The notes under the pieces are model-generated. The model was not told the DNA's origin. It did not search any database and saw only the letters and a list, made by a program, of their open reading frames with translations. A stretch of 64,000 bases of DNA from assembly GCA_964618695.1 (NCBI GenBank), contig CAZUDX010000006.1, forward strand, positions 91,257 to 155,256. Reading direction: 5' to 3'. The DNA comes from an uncultured Candidatus Bathyarchaeia archaeon (GTDB lineage Archaea > Thermoproteota > Bathyarchaeia > Bathyarchaeales > Bathyarchaeaceae). Below, piece after piece: positions 55,289 to 64,000 of the stretch. Each line of letters begins with the position of its first letter. Position 1 is the stretch's first letter. The translations under genes were made by a program, and so were the position numbers.

Positions 55289-56140
55289 TTGGATGACACG
55301 CAAATTGAAGTGCTTTGCGACTTAGGCTTAACAACCAATCAAGCTAAAGTTTATGCAAGCATAATCGATTTCAAATCGTTAACTGTCAAAGATTTATCAG
55401 AGATCACCAATCTTCACGTTCAAGACATTTACAAGATTATCCCAAAACTTCAGCAAATGGGATTAGTAACAAGAACAGTCAATCGGCCAGCCAGAATAGA
55501 ACTCATTCCGTTAAGAAATGCATTAATGAAATTAATTGAAGAGCAAAAAGCCGATGCATTAAAGAAAGCAAATATTTTAGAAAGAAAAATCAAACTAATG
55601 GATATTTTTCAAAAAAACACAAATAGACTTCAAATTCATGATTATCAAGTATTTGTTTTACCACCGGGCAAAGCATTAGACGCCAAAGCGGCTTCAGTTT
55701 TTAATTCTAAATTAAACAAGTACGATCTTATTTGTACCTGGAAATACTTTCTGCAAACAGCAGCCCCCTACCTAAAAATTGCATTAAAAAAAAGCGGGAG
55801 AAACGCGAGAATACGAATCTTGGTAACTTGTGCACAATCAGAAGGGCAAATTTGTTACAATAAAGTTAAAAATGCAATAAAAGAAATTGCTACCACAGAC
55901 AGGTTCTTTTCAGGCAAGATCTTAATAAAAGATATAAAATCAACTTTTGCTTTATTAAACGATATTGAACTTTGGATACCTACTATAATCCCAATAGATA
56001 AGGGAGACATTATTATTAACAATAGCCGGGATACGGCTAATTTCGCAAAGGAAGCTTACGAATATTTTTGGAACGACCCTTTGACAAGAACAGTGGTAGA
56101 AATTAGTCCTTTAAATGTAAACGGCATGAAACAACAGTGA
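55289..56140 (+). CDS. TrmB-family winged-helix transcriptional regulator
   Basis: LCDLGLTTNQAKVYASIIDFKSLTVKDLSEITNLHVQDIYKIIPKLQQMGLV is a TrmB-type HTH, followed by a coiled coil and a C-terminal domain. The start is placed at in-frame TTG 55289. The long upstream extension of the track ORF (from 55088) crosses a CA/CG repeat and looks non-coding. Confidence 0.65.
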   Translation: MDDTQIEVLCDLGLTTNQAKVYASIIDFKSLTVKDLSEITNLHVQDIYKIIPKLQQMGLVTRTVNRPARIELIPLRNALMKLIEEQKADALKKANILERKIKLMDIFQKNTNRLQIHDYQVFVLPPGKALDAKAASVFNSKLNKYDLICTWKYFLQTAAPYLKIALKKSGRNARIRILVTCAQSEGQICYNKVKNAIKEIATTDRFFSGKILIKDIKSTFALLNDIELWIPTIIPIDKGDIIINNSRDTANFAKEAYEYFWNDPLTRTVVEISPLNVNGMKQQ

Positions 56141-56448
56141 AATCAATTGCAGGTTTTATACCAAAATATTCGCCATACTCTCGATAACACAAAATCGGTC
56201 AAATTTTCCAAATGAATGCGTAAACTAATTACAAGGAATATAATTAAACTCATTCAATAATATTTGCTAACATTAAATCTCATCTTGTTAATCAGCAAAA
56301 TTTTTTGTTCGTGTCCTTTGTTTGCCTTTGTAATGTTATAAAGGGGTTTCTTTCCAATTATCATTAAAAATTATACTTTGGACATTATGAACATCAGGCA
56401 TTTCATTGCTTGAGTAAAAATAAAGTAATATAAAAAAGGTGAAAAACA

Positions 56449-59400
56449 TTGAAAAAAACAAAAATCTACAGTAAAACAATATCTACAATGGTTTTAGCTA
56501 TACTAATAGTGGCTTCAATATTTCTAGTATTATCAAACACCACAGTTCCTATGACAAAAGCAGCAATCCCAAGTAACTTACTGCAATACGAATGGATTCA
56601 ACCTGCAGCTGATGCCTTTCAATCACATGCTGTTGATGGTCCCGGTCCAACTAATCCGCACATCGAGTGGAGAACTAAAATACCTAATGTAGCTGGGCAA
56701 CCAATAGCATTTAACGGCAAGATTTTCGTCGTAGACACATCGTTGTATGGTGCATTACCAGGAAAAAACACTACACTTTATTGTTTAGATGCAGCCACTG
56801 GAGAAATCATATATACTTTGGATCTGGGTCCAGTCTATTTCGCACTCGTTCCGCCAAGCTATTCCATATGCAAGCTGGATAATACATACATGCTGATAGG
56901 AAGCAACTGTTACAAAATAGCTGATGGTTCATTAGTATGGACGGGTCCCGCAGGATTTAGCTACAGCCAGACCATGCAAGGTGGAATGGGCTATGATTCT
57001 AGTCTAAAAATTCTAATCAGCGGGAGCCAATGTTGGAGCCTTGCTGATCCATCGCAGCCACCGGTATTACTATGGGACCGGGCAAGCGAACCAGACTACA
57101 ATACCTATGGCGGTGAATCTCCTAAATGTTACGGCAGTGGAGTAGTAGTGTACACGACTAATTTCTATTACTTAAGGGGTGTTGACGTGACAACTGGAAA
57201 AACAATATGGACCACCCCAACGAATGTAACTGCATGGACTTATGGATCTTCCTGTATTGACGGCGTGTTCGGTTTTGGTGCACTTAATGGCAACTTCTAT
57301 GGTTGGAACCTAACTACGGGGCAGTTGATGTGGATATATGATCCAGGCACCTTTTACAATCAGTGGGCTTCCGCCTCAGGTGCAGCTTATGGCATGTTCT
57401 TTGAACACAACCAAGACACCTACACGTATGCCATTAACGCGACAACAGGCGAGTTAGTTTGGAAATACAAGGGACCAGGCATTGCGTATTCCAACTGTCT
57501 TACTATTGCAGGCGGGAAAGTTTACATCAATTCAGGTGAAAATCAATATGTTGACTTTGCTACTGGCGATTTTGGTCACTCTGAGTTTGTATGCCTCGAC
57601 GCTTACACTGGCGAAGTAATATGGACATTGCCAATTGAAAACGGAGCACCATTCAATCTACAATGTAATGCATATGGTAAGCTTTTTGTCGTTCCCACTA
57701 TTTCATCTTCCGAATATGGGATATTTACATATACTGCTTTCGGCGAATCCTTAACTGGTCCTGGCGAACTTTGGTGCATAGGTGACACCCCACTTGATTA
57801 CCCCATGTTAATGGGCGATCCAGCACACAGTTCTTTCGGTGAAGGCCCTGCGAGTTTAAAACTCAAATGGAAGGCAACAACTGGTGGCACACTTCAGTCT
57901 TCGCCCACACTTGTCGACGGAGTAGCCTATGTGGGTTCATATGACGGAAAGATATACGCCTTTGACGCAAATACAGGGTCTGAAATATGGACTTATGATA
58001 CAGGCATATTGGGTTTCAGCAGCACAGTAGCCGTCGTTAATGACAAAGTCTATACAGGTGCGCAAGATGGTAATGTCTACTGCATAAATGCTAACACTGG
58101 AACTAAATTATGGGAAGCTAGTGCTGGTGGAGTTCCATTTACTGGATCTGGAGCGATTGGTGTAAGCGGAGAAGCGGCAGGTTCTCCAACCGTAGTAGGA
58201 AGCATGGTTTACGTAGCGGCTGGCGACACAAACCTCTACTGCTTTGACGCCAACACAGGCACTAAAATTTGGAATCACACTACCGGCGGTCCAATATCAG
58301 GTCAGACGCCCGCTGTTGTTGATGGCGCAGTTTACCTTGGGGCTGGCGTGCCAGATGGTATAGGTTTCAACGTGATTAAGCTTAACGCTACCACAGGCGC
58401 TGAAATCTTTAACACCGATATTCCGGGGTATTTTGGAGGTTTCTCTCTTAATCCCTTTAGTATTTCAGCATCTGTAACTGTAGGGGGTGGCATGGTCTTC
58501 GCACGAGGAACCTACCGACATAACGTTGCATTGAACGCGACCACAGGTGAACTCATCTGGTTAACTCTCTCGGGATATAATGAAGGAACACCGTTTCAAT
58601 CGAACGGGGCTGCACAACTTCCTGCAATGCTGTACGCCAACGGCTTAGTGTACATCAGTGATTACTATAGTATTTCCGCACTCAATGCTCTCAATGGCAG
58701 CAACGTTTGGTCAACGTACACGTCACGTGAATGCCTTTCTCAAAGCTTCAGTTACTCATTTGGCAAAATTTACACTACCAACGAGGCGGGAACTGTCTAT
58801 GTGCTTGATGCCCTCTCTGGAGACAAATTATCGTCCTACCAGTTTGACGTCCTTACACTCCATTCTGTACCAACGCCTTATAACGGCTCTCTGTATGTAT
58901 CAACCTTGGATTGGAACCTCTACTGCTTTGAAGAAGCCCCACCGGAGGAATTCCATGCCGCCCGATTGCCTACTTCAATTTCCATAGACGTGGCACTGAA
59001 AAACACTGTGAGCGCGGGCGAACCGATTGTACTACAAGGCGAAGTGTTAGCAGATTCTATGGGCACGGAAACGGGTATACCAGTTCCAGTACTTCTGAGA
59101 GTTCTTGATCCTAACGACAACTACCACGATATCACCGTCACCTGTAACGAGGCAGGATTCTATAGCACAACATGGACCCCACCCGTGGCAGGCTATTACA
59201 CCCTAACTGCCATGTTCGAGGGTGACGATTTCTTCTCACCATCATCCAAGTACATTACATTCATGATATCAGTAGAAGCTGAACTTCCACAGGGACCACA
59301 AGGAGAACCAGGACCACAGGGGGAACCAGGACCAACAGGAGCTACAGGAGCAACAGGAGCTACTGGACCACACGGACCAGAAGGAACTGCAGCAGCCGCA

Positions 59401-59496
59401 GACAACACAACACTAATCATAGCAGGCGTATCTATCGTCGCTGCAATAGTTGCTATAGGCATTGCTGTCTTTACATGGATGAAAAAACGAGACTAA
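56449..59496 (+). CDS. large secreted PQQ-like beta-propeller repeat protein with collagen-like Gly-X-Y tract and C-terminal TM anchor
   Basis: 1015 aa, TTG start, N-terminal signal/anchor. There are many PQQ/BamB-like blades (e.g. GKIYAFDANTGSEIWTY, GNVYCINANTGTKLWEA, TNLYCFDANTGTKIWNH) and an Ig-like region. GPQGEPGPQGEPGPTGATGATGATGPHGPEG is encoded at 59293-59385. The C-terminus is TM LIIAGVSIVAAIVAIGIAVF plus KKRD. Confidence 0.8.
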   Translation: MKKTKIYSKTISTMVLAILIVASIFLVLSNTTVPMTKAAIPSNLLQYEWIQPAADAFQSHAVDGPGPTNPHIEWRTKIPNVAGQPIAFNGKIFVVDTSLYGALPGKNTTLYCLDAATGEIIYTLDLGPVYFALVPPSYSICKLDNTYMLIGSNCYKIADGSLVWTGPAGFSYSQTMQGGMGYDSSLKILISGSQCWSLADPSQPPVLLWDRASEPDYNTYGGESPKCYGSGVVVYTTNFYYLRGVDVTTGKTIWTTPTNVTAWTYGSSCIDGVFGFGALNGNFYGWNLTTGQLMWIYDPGTFYNQWASASGAAYGMFFEHNQDTYTYAINATTGELVWKYKGPGIAYSNCLTIAGGKVYINSGENQYVDFATGDFGHSEFVCLDAYTGEVIWTLPIENGAPFNLQCNAYGKLFVVPTISSSEYGIFTYTAFGESLTGPGELWCIGDTPLDYPMLMGDPAHSSFGEGPASLKLKWKATTGGTLQSSPTLVDGVAYVGSYDGKIYAFDANTGSEIWTYDTGILGFSSTVAVVNDKVYTGAQDGNVYCINANTGTKLWEASAGGVPFTGSGAIGVSGEAAGSPTVVGSMVYVAAGDTNLYCFDANTGTKIWNHTTGGPISGQTPAVVDGAVYLGAGVPDGIGFNVIKLNATTGAEIFNTDIPGYFGGFSLNPFSISASVTVGGGMVFARGTYRHNVALNATTGELIWLTLSGYNEGTPFQSNGAAQLPAMLYANGLVYISDYYSISALNALNGSNVWSTYTSRECLSQSFSYSFGKIYTTNEAGTVYVLDALSGDKLSSYQFDVLTLHSVPTPYNGSLYVSTLDWNLYCFEEAPPEEFHAARLPTSISIDVALKNTVSAGEPIVLQGEVLADSMGTETGIPVPVLLRVLDPNDNYHDITVTCNEAGFYSTTWTPPVAGYYTLTAMFEGDDFFSPSSKYITFMISVEAELPQGPQGEPGPQGEPGPTGATGATGATGPHGPEGTAAAADNTTLIIAGVSIVAAIVAIGIAVFTWMKKRD

Positions 59497-59545
59497 ACAC
59501 AATTTCCCTCCCTTTTTTTATGGGGAGTAAAGCAATGCAAGAATA

Positions 59546-59661
59546 GGGGCTGAGAAGGCTTCGCATAGGAAAAATGAAACCTAACAAAAAGCGATAGCAG
59601 TAGCTTTTAGAGGTTCATTTTTCCCTTCAAAATCCCCCGATTGCGGAGCCTCAGCAAACCC
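59546..59661 (+). ncRNA. candidate structured RNA, unit A (unclassified)
   Basis: Closing helix GCTGA..GGCTTCGCA (59549-59565) pairs with TGCGGAGCC-TCAGC (59642-59655). Paralogous to unit B, with compensatory changes. Confidence 0.35.
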
Positions 59662-59690
59662 TAAGCTTACATACCCAAAAATGGACAACA

Positions 59691-59805
59691 GAGGCTGAAA
59701 AGGCTCCACGAGAAGGTAACAAGAAGCAATAGCAGTAGCAGAAGGAGGTTTCCTATTTTTCCTCCCCTTCAGAATAGTTTGAACCGTGGAGCCTCAGCAA
59801 ACCCC
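59691..59805 (+). ncRNA. candidate structured RNA, unit B (unclassified)
   Basis: Closing helix GCTGA..GGCTCCACG (59694-59710) pairs with CGTGGAGCC-TCAGC (59785-59798). There is also an internal hairpin GAAGGAGG/CCTCCCCTTC. Confidence 0.35.
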
Positions 59806-59928
59806 ATTCTTTAGCAATAAAATTAAAATTGTTCTGTCCCCTTTGGGAAGCTTCCACTTCAACGTGTCCATGTAATAGCGCAGAAATTCTGTTAATGAAA
59901 TAGAGAACAAAAAGAGACATAACGTGCT

Positions 59929-60708
59929 TCACCAAAGACGGCATTTTTCTAGAATTTTTTTAAAATTCTTTCGAAGCCGTCCTTGTTTGTAGGTCTGCAG
60001 CGCCTTTATCAGTTCTTTTTCGTCAATTTTGCCAAGTTTCGTCTTTACTTTCTCTGCAATTTGGCTTCTGAGGAACAGGTATTGGCAAACTGAAGTGACA
60101 TTCGAGACTCTGCGGTTGATGCTGGCTGTCTCAAAATCAACTAGGTGTGGATGGTCGTCTGCGTCAACGATTATGTGTTTCGGTGCGTTGCTCAGCTCTC
60201 CATGGTCCAAGCCAGCCTCATCCAGCCTGTAACATTGCTCCAGAACATCGCGTAGAACCTTTCGAACACGCGACTGCATCTCCCTTCCCCTTAAGGATTC
60301 GATCCATTGAGGAAAGTGATTTCCGTCAACAAACTCCATTAAAAGAAAATTTTCGCTGACCTCAAGCTGTTTTGGTCCAACTTTGACGGTGTTTGCTAGT
60401 TTCAGCATCTCTGCTTCATGGAACATTTCTTTCCGGTCAGCATCGGCTCTGCGAATTTTCAAAGCGGTTCTCCCTAAACTCGTATAGGCTACAACAACGA
60501 TGCCGACACAGCCCTTCCCAAGAACTGGCACCTCAGAAATCTTCTTTTCTCCGGTGAACTCCACAGCCTTAACTCCTAGCTGCTCCAATTCTTTGAGGCG
60601 TTTCTCCAACTCTTCTTGTTCAAATTTGGGGTAGCATAAAACCTGACCATACTTGTTTTCGTCGAGTTCTTTCAGGGAAATTGTTTCGCCTTTTTGCAAG
60701 CTTTTCAC
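59929..60708 (-). CDS. putative Ser/Thr protein kinase (RIO/Bud32-like, COG2112-type)
   Basis: 259 aa. Gly-rich loop LGKGCVGIVV, ALKIRR (Lys), catalytic-loop-like GLDHGELSNAPKHIIV and LVDFE (DFG-like). Confidence 0.6.
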   Translation of the reverse strand: MKSLQKGETISLKELDENKYGQVLCYPKFEQEELEKRLKELEQLGVKAVEFTGEKKISEVPVLGKGCVGIVVVAYTSLGRTALKIRRADADRKEMFHEAEMLKLANTVKVGPKQLEVSENFLLMEFVDGNHFPQWIESLRGREMQSRVRKVLRDVLEQCYRLDEAGLDHGELSNAPKHIIVDADDHPHLVDFETASINRRVSNVTSVCQYLFLRSQIAEKVKTKLGKIDEKELIKALQTYKQGRLRKNFKKILEKCRLW

Positions 60709-60778
60709 TTAGAAACTAGTTTCCTGAGAAGAGTTATTAAATATAGCAATTCAATCATTAAATTCAAGGTCAGGTTCT

Positions 60779-61582
60779 ATGGCAATAATTACTCTGCTCT
60801 CCGATTTCGGACTAAAAGACCCTTACGTAGCAGAAATGAAAGCAGTAATCCTCTCAATTAACCCCGAAGCCCTTGTTGTGGACATAACTCATGAAATTGA
60901 CAAGTTTAACGTCCGCATGGGCGCATTTGTCTTAGCTTCAGCCACCCCATACTTTCCCCAAAACACGGTTCACGTGGCAGTTGTGGACCCGGGTGTGGGA
61001 ACAGAAAGGCGTTCCATAATTGTTGAAACAAAACGAGGGTTTTATGTTGGTCCCGACAACGGTCTCCTGATGCTGGCTGCCCACAAGGAAGGAATAATCA
61101 AGGTTCACCAAATAATCAACCCAAAATACATGTTATCTCAAGTGTCAACGACTTTTCATGGCAGAGACATCTTCGCTCCAGCAGCAGCGCATCTAACATC
61201 TGGAACAAGTCCGTCTGAGTTTGGACCAGCAATTCAAGACTATATTCTTCCTGAATTCGCGAAGCCACAGGTGAAAAAGGGGGATGTGGTTGGGGCGGTT
61301 CTTCTCATAGACGGTTTCGGCAATATCATCAGCAACATTTCAGCAGAAAACCTTGAAAGAGCCAGTATTCGTGAAGGACAAACTCTTCGTGTCAAACTTG
61401 GCAGCAAAACTTTGAAGCTACGTTTCTGTTCAGTTTATGGTGAGGTTCCTGCTGGCACATCTTTGGCGTTAATTGGCGGTAGCGACTTTCTTGAGGTAGC
61501 TGTTAATCAGGGAAACGCTTCAGAAACTTTTGAGGCAAAGGTTGGAGATGCGTTTCGCGTTTCTGGGGTAGATTCCAACTAA
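60779..61582 (+). CDS. SAM hydroxide adenosyltransferase (DUF62, chlorinase/fluorinase-like)
   Basis: 267 aa: IITLLSDFGLKDPYVAEMKAVIL......VVDITHEI..F ... VVDPGVGT.R ... DGFGN.I.N. Confidence 0.85.
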   Translation: MAIITLLSDFGLKDPYVAEMKAVILSINPEALVVDITHEIDKFNVRMGAFVLASATPYFPQNTVHVAVVDPGVGTERRSIIVETKRGFYVGPDNGLLMLAAHKEGIIKVHQIINPKYMLSQVSTTFHGRDIFAPAAAHLTSGTSPSEFGPAIQDYILPEFAKPQVKKGDVVGAVLLIDGFGNIISNISAENLERASIREGQTLRVKLGSKTLKLRFCSVYGEVPAGTSLALIGGSDFLEVAVNQGNASETFEAKVGDAFRVSGVDSN

Positions 61583-61591
61583 GTTTTAGTT

Positions 61592-62257
61592 TTAGTATGT
61601 TTCTATCCAGAATTGTTCTCTTCGGGATTTTGCTAGGGCGTAGCCGATTATTAATCCTGCTGCGAGTCCGCCGAAGTGGGCGACTATGTTGACTCCTGCT
61701 CCCGCGGTCAACATTAAGAGTAGAAATGAATAGATCAAAGCACCTGCGATGGATTGACCGAATGTTTTTCGCATGTATATGATGCTTGCGCCGTACATGC
61801 CGAATATTGCTCCTGAAGCTCCAGCTGAGAGTGTATAGGGGGACATTAGAAAGAGAGTTAGCAGGCTGCCTGCGAGTCCTGCGAGCATGTAGACGAAGAA
61901 GTATTCTTCGGTTGTGAAGAGTTCTTCTGACCTGAGACCGAAAATTATCAGGAATAGTGTGTTTAGGGCAAGGTGAATTATGTCCACATGAACAAAGATG
62001 GATGTTAAGAGTTGCCAGTACGCGCCATTCAATACGCTGCGGTTGAATTGTCCTAGCTCAAGGAGGACGCTGTCGCTGGTTTGGATGAAATCTCCGCCTA
62101 TCACCGAAGTGAAAATGTAAACTCCTACGTTCACTAGTACCAGAAAGACTGTGGGCGTCAGCTTAGGCGGGCTTCTCATTTCCAAACCATCCCCAAAAGC
62201 AAACACCCCGACATATATATGCATACCTTGGTGAGTGCCTTTTTCGGTTGACCACAA
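61592..62257 (-). CDS. rhomboid-family intramembrane serine protease
   Basis: WQL.TS.F.H....HL..N, the catalytic GASGAIFG and AHFGG.AAG motifs. The TTG start at 62257 is doubtful and ATG at 62179 (MRSPPKL...) is more likely. Confidence 0.85.
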   Translation of the reverse strand: MWSTEKGTHQGMHIYVGVFAFGDGLEMRSPPKLTPTVFLVLVNVGVYIFTSVIGGDFIQTSDSVLLELGQFNRSVLNGAYWQLLTSIFVHVDIIHLALNTLFLIIFGLRSEELFTTEEYFFVYMLAGLAGSLLTLFLMSPYTLSAGASGAIFGMYGASIIYMRKTFGQSIAGALIYSFLLLMLTAGAGVNIVAHFGGLAAGLIIGYALAKSRREQFWIETY

Positions 62258-62290
62258 GATAAATCTTCGAGACTTTCTATATCTGGGGGC

Positions 62291-63103
62291 ATGATAGTTG
62301 ATGTTTTCCTTCCATCCATTCTCTTTCTGTTTGGAGTAATTGTGGTCTTTCTCTACAGTCGATTAAACAAGAAAGTTGAACATCTCGTCGGCGGAAAGGA
62401 ACTTCGCCCAAAACATGCTGTATTGTTGGTGGTAGCCATAGGCATAATGGTGTCTGTAATCTTGGCTATCCCCGAACATGCTCTGCTGGGACTATTCCTC
62501 TTCGCATACACAGCAATCCTCTTCTTATTCACCTATTTGATTCTGCCAAAATGGTATCTGGCAATAGTGCCGTCAGTTCTGTTCATCTTGTCATTTTTTT
62601 ATTTCTGGAACATTTACACGTTCAATCTTTTCGCACTAACCTTCGGAATCTCCATCGCAGTTTATATTGGTGGGCTATTCACGTGGAAAACAACTGCTGC
62701 TTTTGCTGCGTTGATTACCATCATGGACATAATCCAAGTTTTAATCACTGGACAAATGGAAGGAGCGTTCGAAACAGTCCAAACACTGGGACTACCTGCA
62801 TTCATCCAGCTGCCAATGTTCCCAACAATTGGTCTAACCTACCTCGGATTAGGCGACATCTTCCTTTTTGGTCTCCTCAGCATCCAGACAACAAGAAAAT
62901 ACGGAAAGAAAACTGGACTATACTCTATAATCATAATGACAATAATCTACTTGCTGCTTCAGATAATTTTGTTAAACTATATCTCCTTGAGTAGCGGTTT
63001 TCCAGCTACTATCTTGGTGGTCGGCGGCTGGCTTACTGCCTTAGCAGCAAACTACGTCTACACGTTCATCTCAAAAAAGGAAGCAAAGCCGCAAATCGGC
63101 TAA
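62291..63103 (+). CDS. presenilin/signal-peptide-peptidase-like A22 intramembrane aspartyl protease homolog
   Basis: 270 aa, about 8-9 TM. The first Asp is in ITIMDIIQV (YD-like), the second in LGLGDIFLFG (GxGD), and there is a PAL-like FPAT near the C-terminus. Confidence 0.7.
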   Translation: MIVDVFLPSILFLFGVIVVFLYSRLNKKVEHLVGGKELRPKHAVLLVVAIGIMVSVILAIPEHALLGLFLFAYTAILFLFTYLILPKWYLAIVPSVLFILSFFYFWNIYTFNLFALTFGISIAVYIGGLFTWKTTAAFAALITIMDIIQVLITGQMEGAFETVQTLGLPAFIQLPMFPTIGLTYLGLGDIFLFGLLSIQTTRKYGKKTGLYSIIIMTIIYLLLQIILLNYISLSSGFPATILVVGGWLTALAANYVYTFISKKEAKPQIG

Positions 63104-63104
63104 T

Positions 63105-63632
63105 CTATGTCACCGTATCAGTTTTGTTTAGGTCCCGAAGCCTCACGTCGCCCTCAATCTCTTTTATGAACTTGGCAACGCTGCTTGGGACAAGTTTCTC
63201 CCAGTCTCCCCCAGTTAACATACGTTTCCGAATCTCCGTAGCCAAATACACATCCCTCTTCATCAGGGGCACCTGCTCAACATTAAAACCAGCTTCAAGA
63301 AAGAGCCGACAGGTCAACGGTTCGTTAGCGTAGACCACATCAAACTTTGGACAGTAACCCACCATCTGAGAGACCCAAAGCATATGCTGATGAACGTCCG
63401 GCACCGGTATAATCCAGACTTTCGACAACTGGATTCCCTCTTCTTCCAGTGCCTTTCGGATCATGGTGATGCGCTCTCCAGCAGTAAACGGGTTATCGAG
63501 CCTGTGGCTGTACTGGGAACTGCCTACAATCACAACCAGTTCATCAACCTTATCCATAATTCTCTTTATGGCTCCTAAATGCCCTTTGTGAAAGGGCTGA
63601 AATCTTCCCACAAAGACCCCGCGCTTCACCAT
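63105..63632 (-). CDS. nadM: nicotinamide-nucleotide adenylyltransferase (archaeal NMNAT)
   Basis: 175 aa: RG.FVGRFQPFHKGHL..I.......DEL...IGS.Q.S....NPFTAGER..M. Confidence 0.9.
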   Translation of the reverse strand: MVKRGVFVGRFQPFHKGHLGAIKRIMDKVDELVVIVGSSQYSHRLDNPFTAGERITMIRKALEEEGIQLSKVWIIPVPDVHQHMLWVSQMVGYCPKFDVVYANEPLTCRLFLEAGFNVEQVPLMKRDVYLATEIRKRMLTGGDWEKLVPSSVAKFIKEIEGDVRLRDLNKTDTVT

Positions 63633-63757
63633 CTATTCTCCCCTCGGAAGAATCATACAATGCTTGGCATATATGAACTTTAACTTAACCGTAATTGAGT
63701 CGCAATCCAGTCCAGTCATGTGTATGTTTTTTGGTTGCTTATTGTTTCTTGTTGTAG

Positions 63758-63913
63758 TTATCGTTCCCGTTCAAACAGCAAATAATGGTTAACAAGGGTT
63801 GGAGACCCCTGAGCTTGATAGGTGTGAAGACGCCATCCATCCGTCTGATATTTTTCAATGACTTTTGCGATATTTTTGTGGTGACCAACCTGCACACAAT
63901 CATATTCTTTCAA
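63758..63913 (-). CDS. possible 51-aa DUF4177-like small protein
   Basis: TTG-started ORF below the track cutoff, with AAGGTGA SD-like sequence upstream: MKEYDCVQVGHHKNIAKVIEKYQTDGWRLHTYQAQGSPTLVNHYLLFERER. It follows the stop (63920-63922) of an unidentified minus-strand ORF entering from the window edge. Confidence 0.4.
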   Translation of the reverse strand: MKEYDCVQVGHHKNIAKVIEKYQTDGWRLHTYQAQGSPTLVNHYLLFERER

Positions 63914-64000
63914 CTCAAATCACCTTAGCAGCACGTTAAAACAACCAATCATATAACAGTTTGTTTCACCCGTTCTGCTGGGAAAAGAGACAATTCTCCA

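Noticed and set aside
59546-59805. Tandem repeats as template/variable repeats of a diversity-generating retroelement targeting the surface protein
   Set aside because: Both repeats are non-coding and lie downstream of the stop codon. The differences between them are not adenine-specific, and no reverse transcriptase is nearby.
59753-59944. 63-aa minus-strand ORF
   Set aside because: It covers only unit B of the tandem elements and overlaps the 3' end of the kinase gene. It is not conserved in unit A.

Overview
The window is archaeal chromosomal DNA. No rRNA gene, CRISPR array, integrase or transposase was recognised. Gene content suggests an anaerobic, SD-using, moderately AT-rich TACK/Bathyarchaeia-like lineage, but taxonomy cannot be proven from the sequence alone. 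Roughly 85 genes were called, mostly information-processing and central-metabolism housekeeping. These include ahcY (partial), a parvulin, a TPP riboswitch with thiT, pyrH, an intron-containing tRNA-Leu, pyk, valS, aRF1, a PfkB kinase, superoxide reductase, Alba, and ferredoxin with a two-subunit 2-oxoacid:ferredoxin oxidoreductase. They also include S6e, aIF2-gamma, and the conserved PIN-RpoE'-Spt4-DUF359-S24e-S27ae block. A long L22-to-L15-SecY-DUF106-L34e-cmk ribosomal cluster spans 41.2-54.0 kb. Two accessory regions stand out. The first is an AT-rich ~8 kb block at 5.7-13.9 kb. It holds membrane hypotheticals, two DUF4386-like paralogs, a glycosyltransferase and a TFB, and is dense in two intergenic repeat families. 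The second is a 55-60 kb region with a TrmB-like regulator, a 1015-aa PQQ-propeller/collagen-like surface protein and a tandem pair of hairpin-closed RNA-like elements. The hairpin stems of that pair keep pairing through compensatory base changes, making it the best candidate here for something undescribed. Other oddities are a homologous Lys/Glu/Val/Pro-rich module on both uS3 and uL5, an Hsp20 gene inside the spc operon, and a korB whose conserved Cys motif precedes any canonical start. There is also a PE[LF]PSW C-terminal sorting-like signal on two adjacent secreted proteins, and a divergent rhomboid/presenilin-like protease pair.
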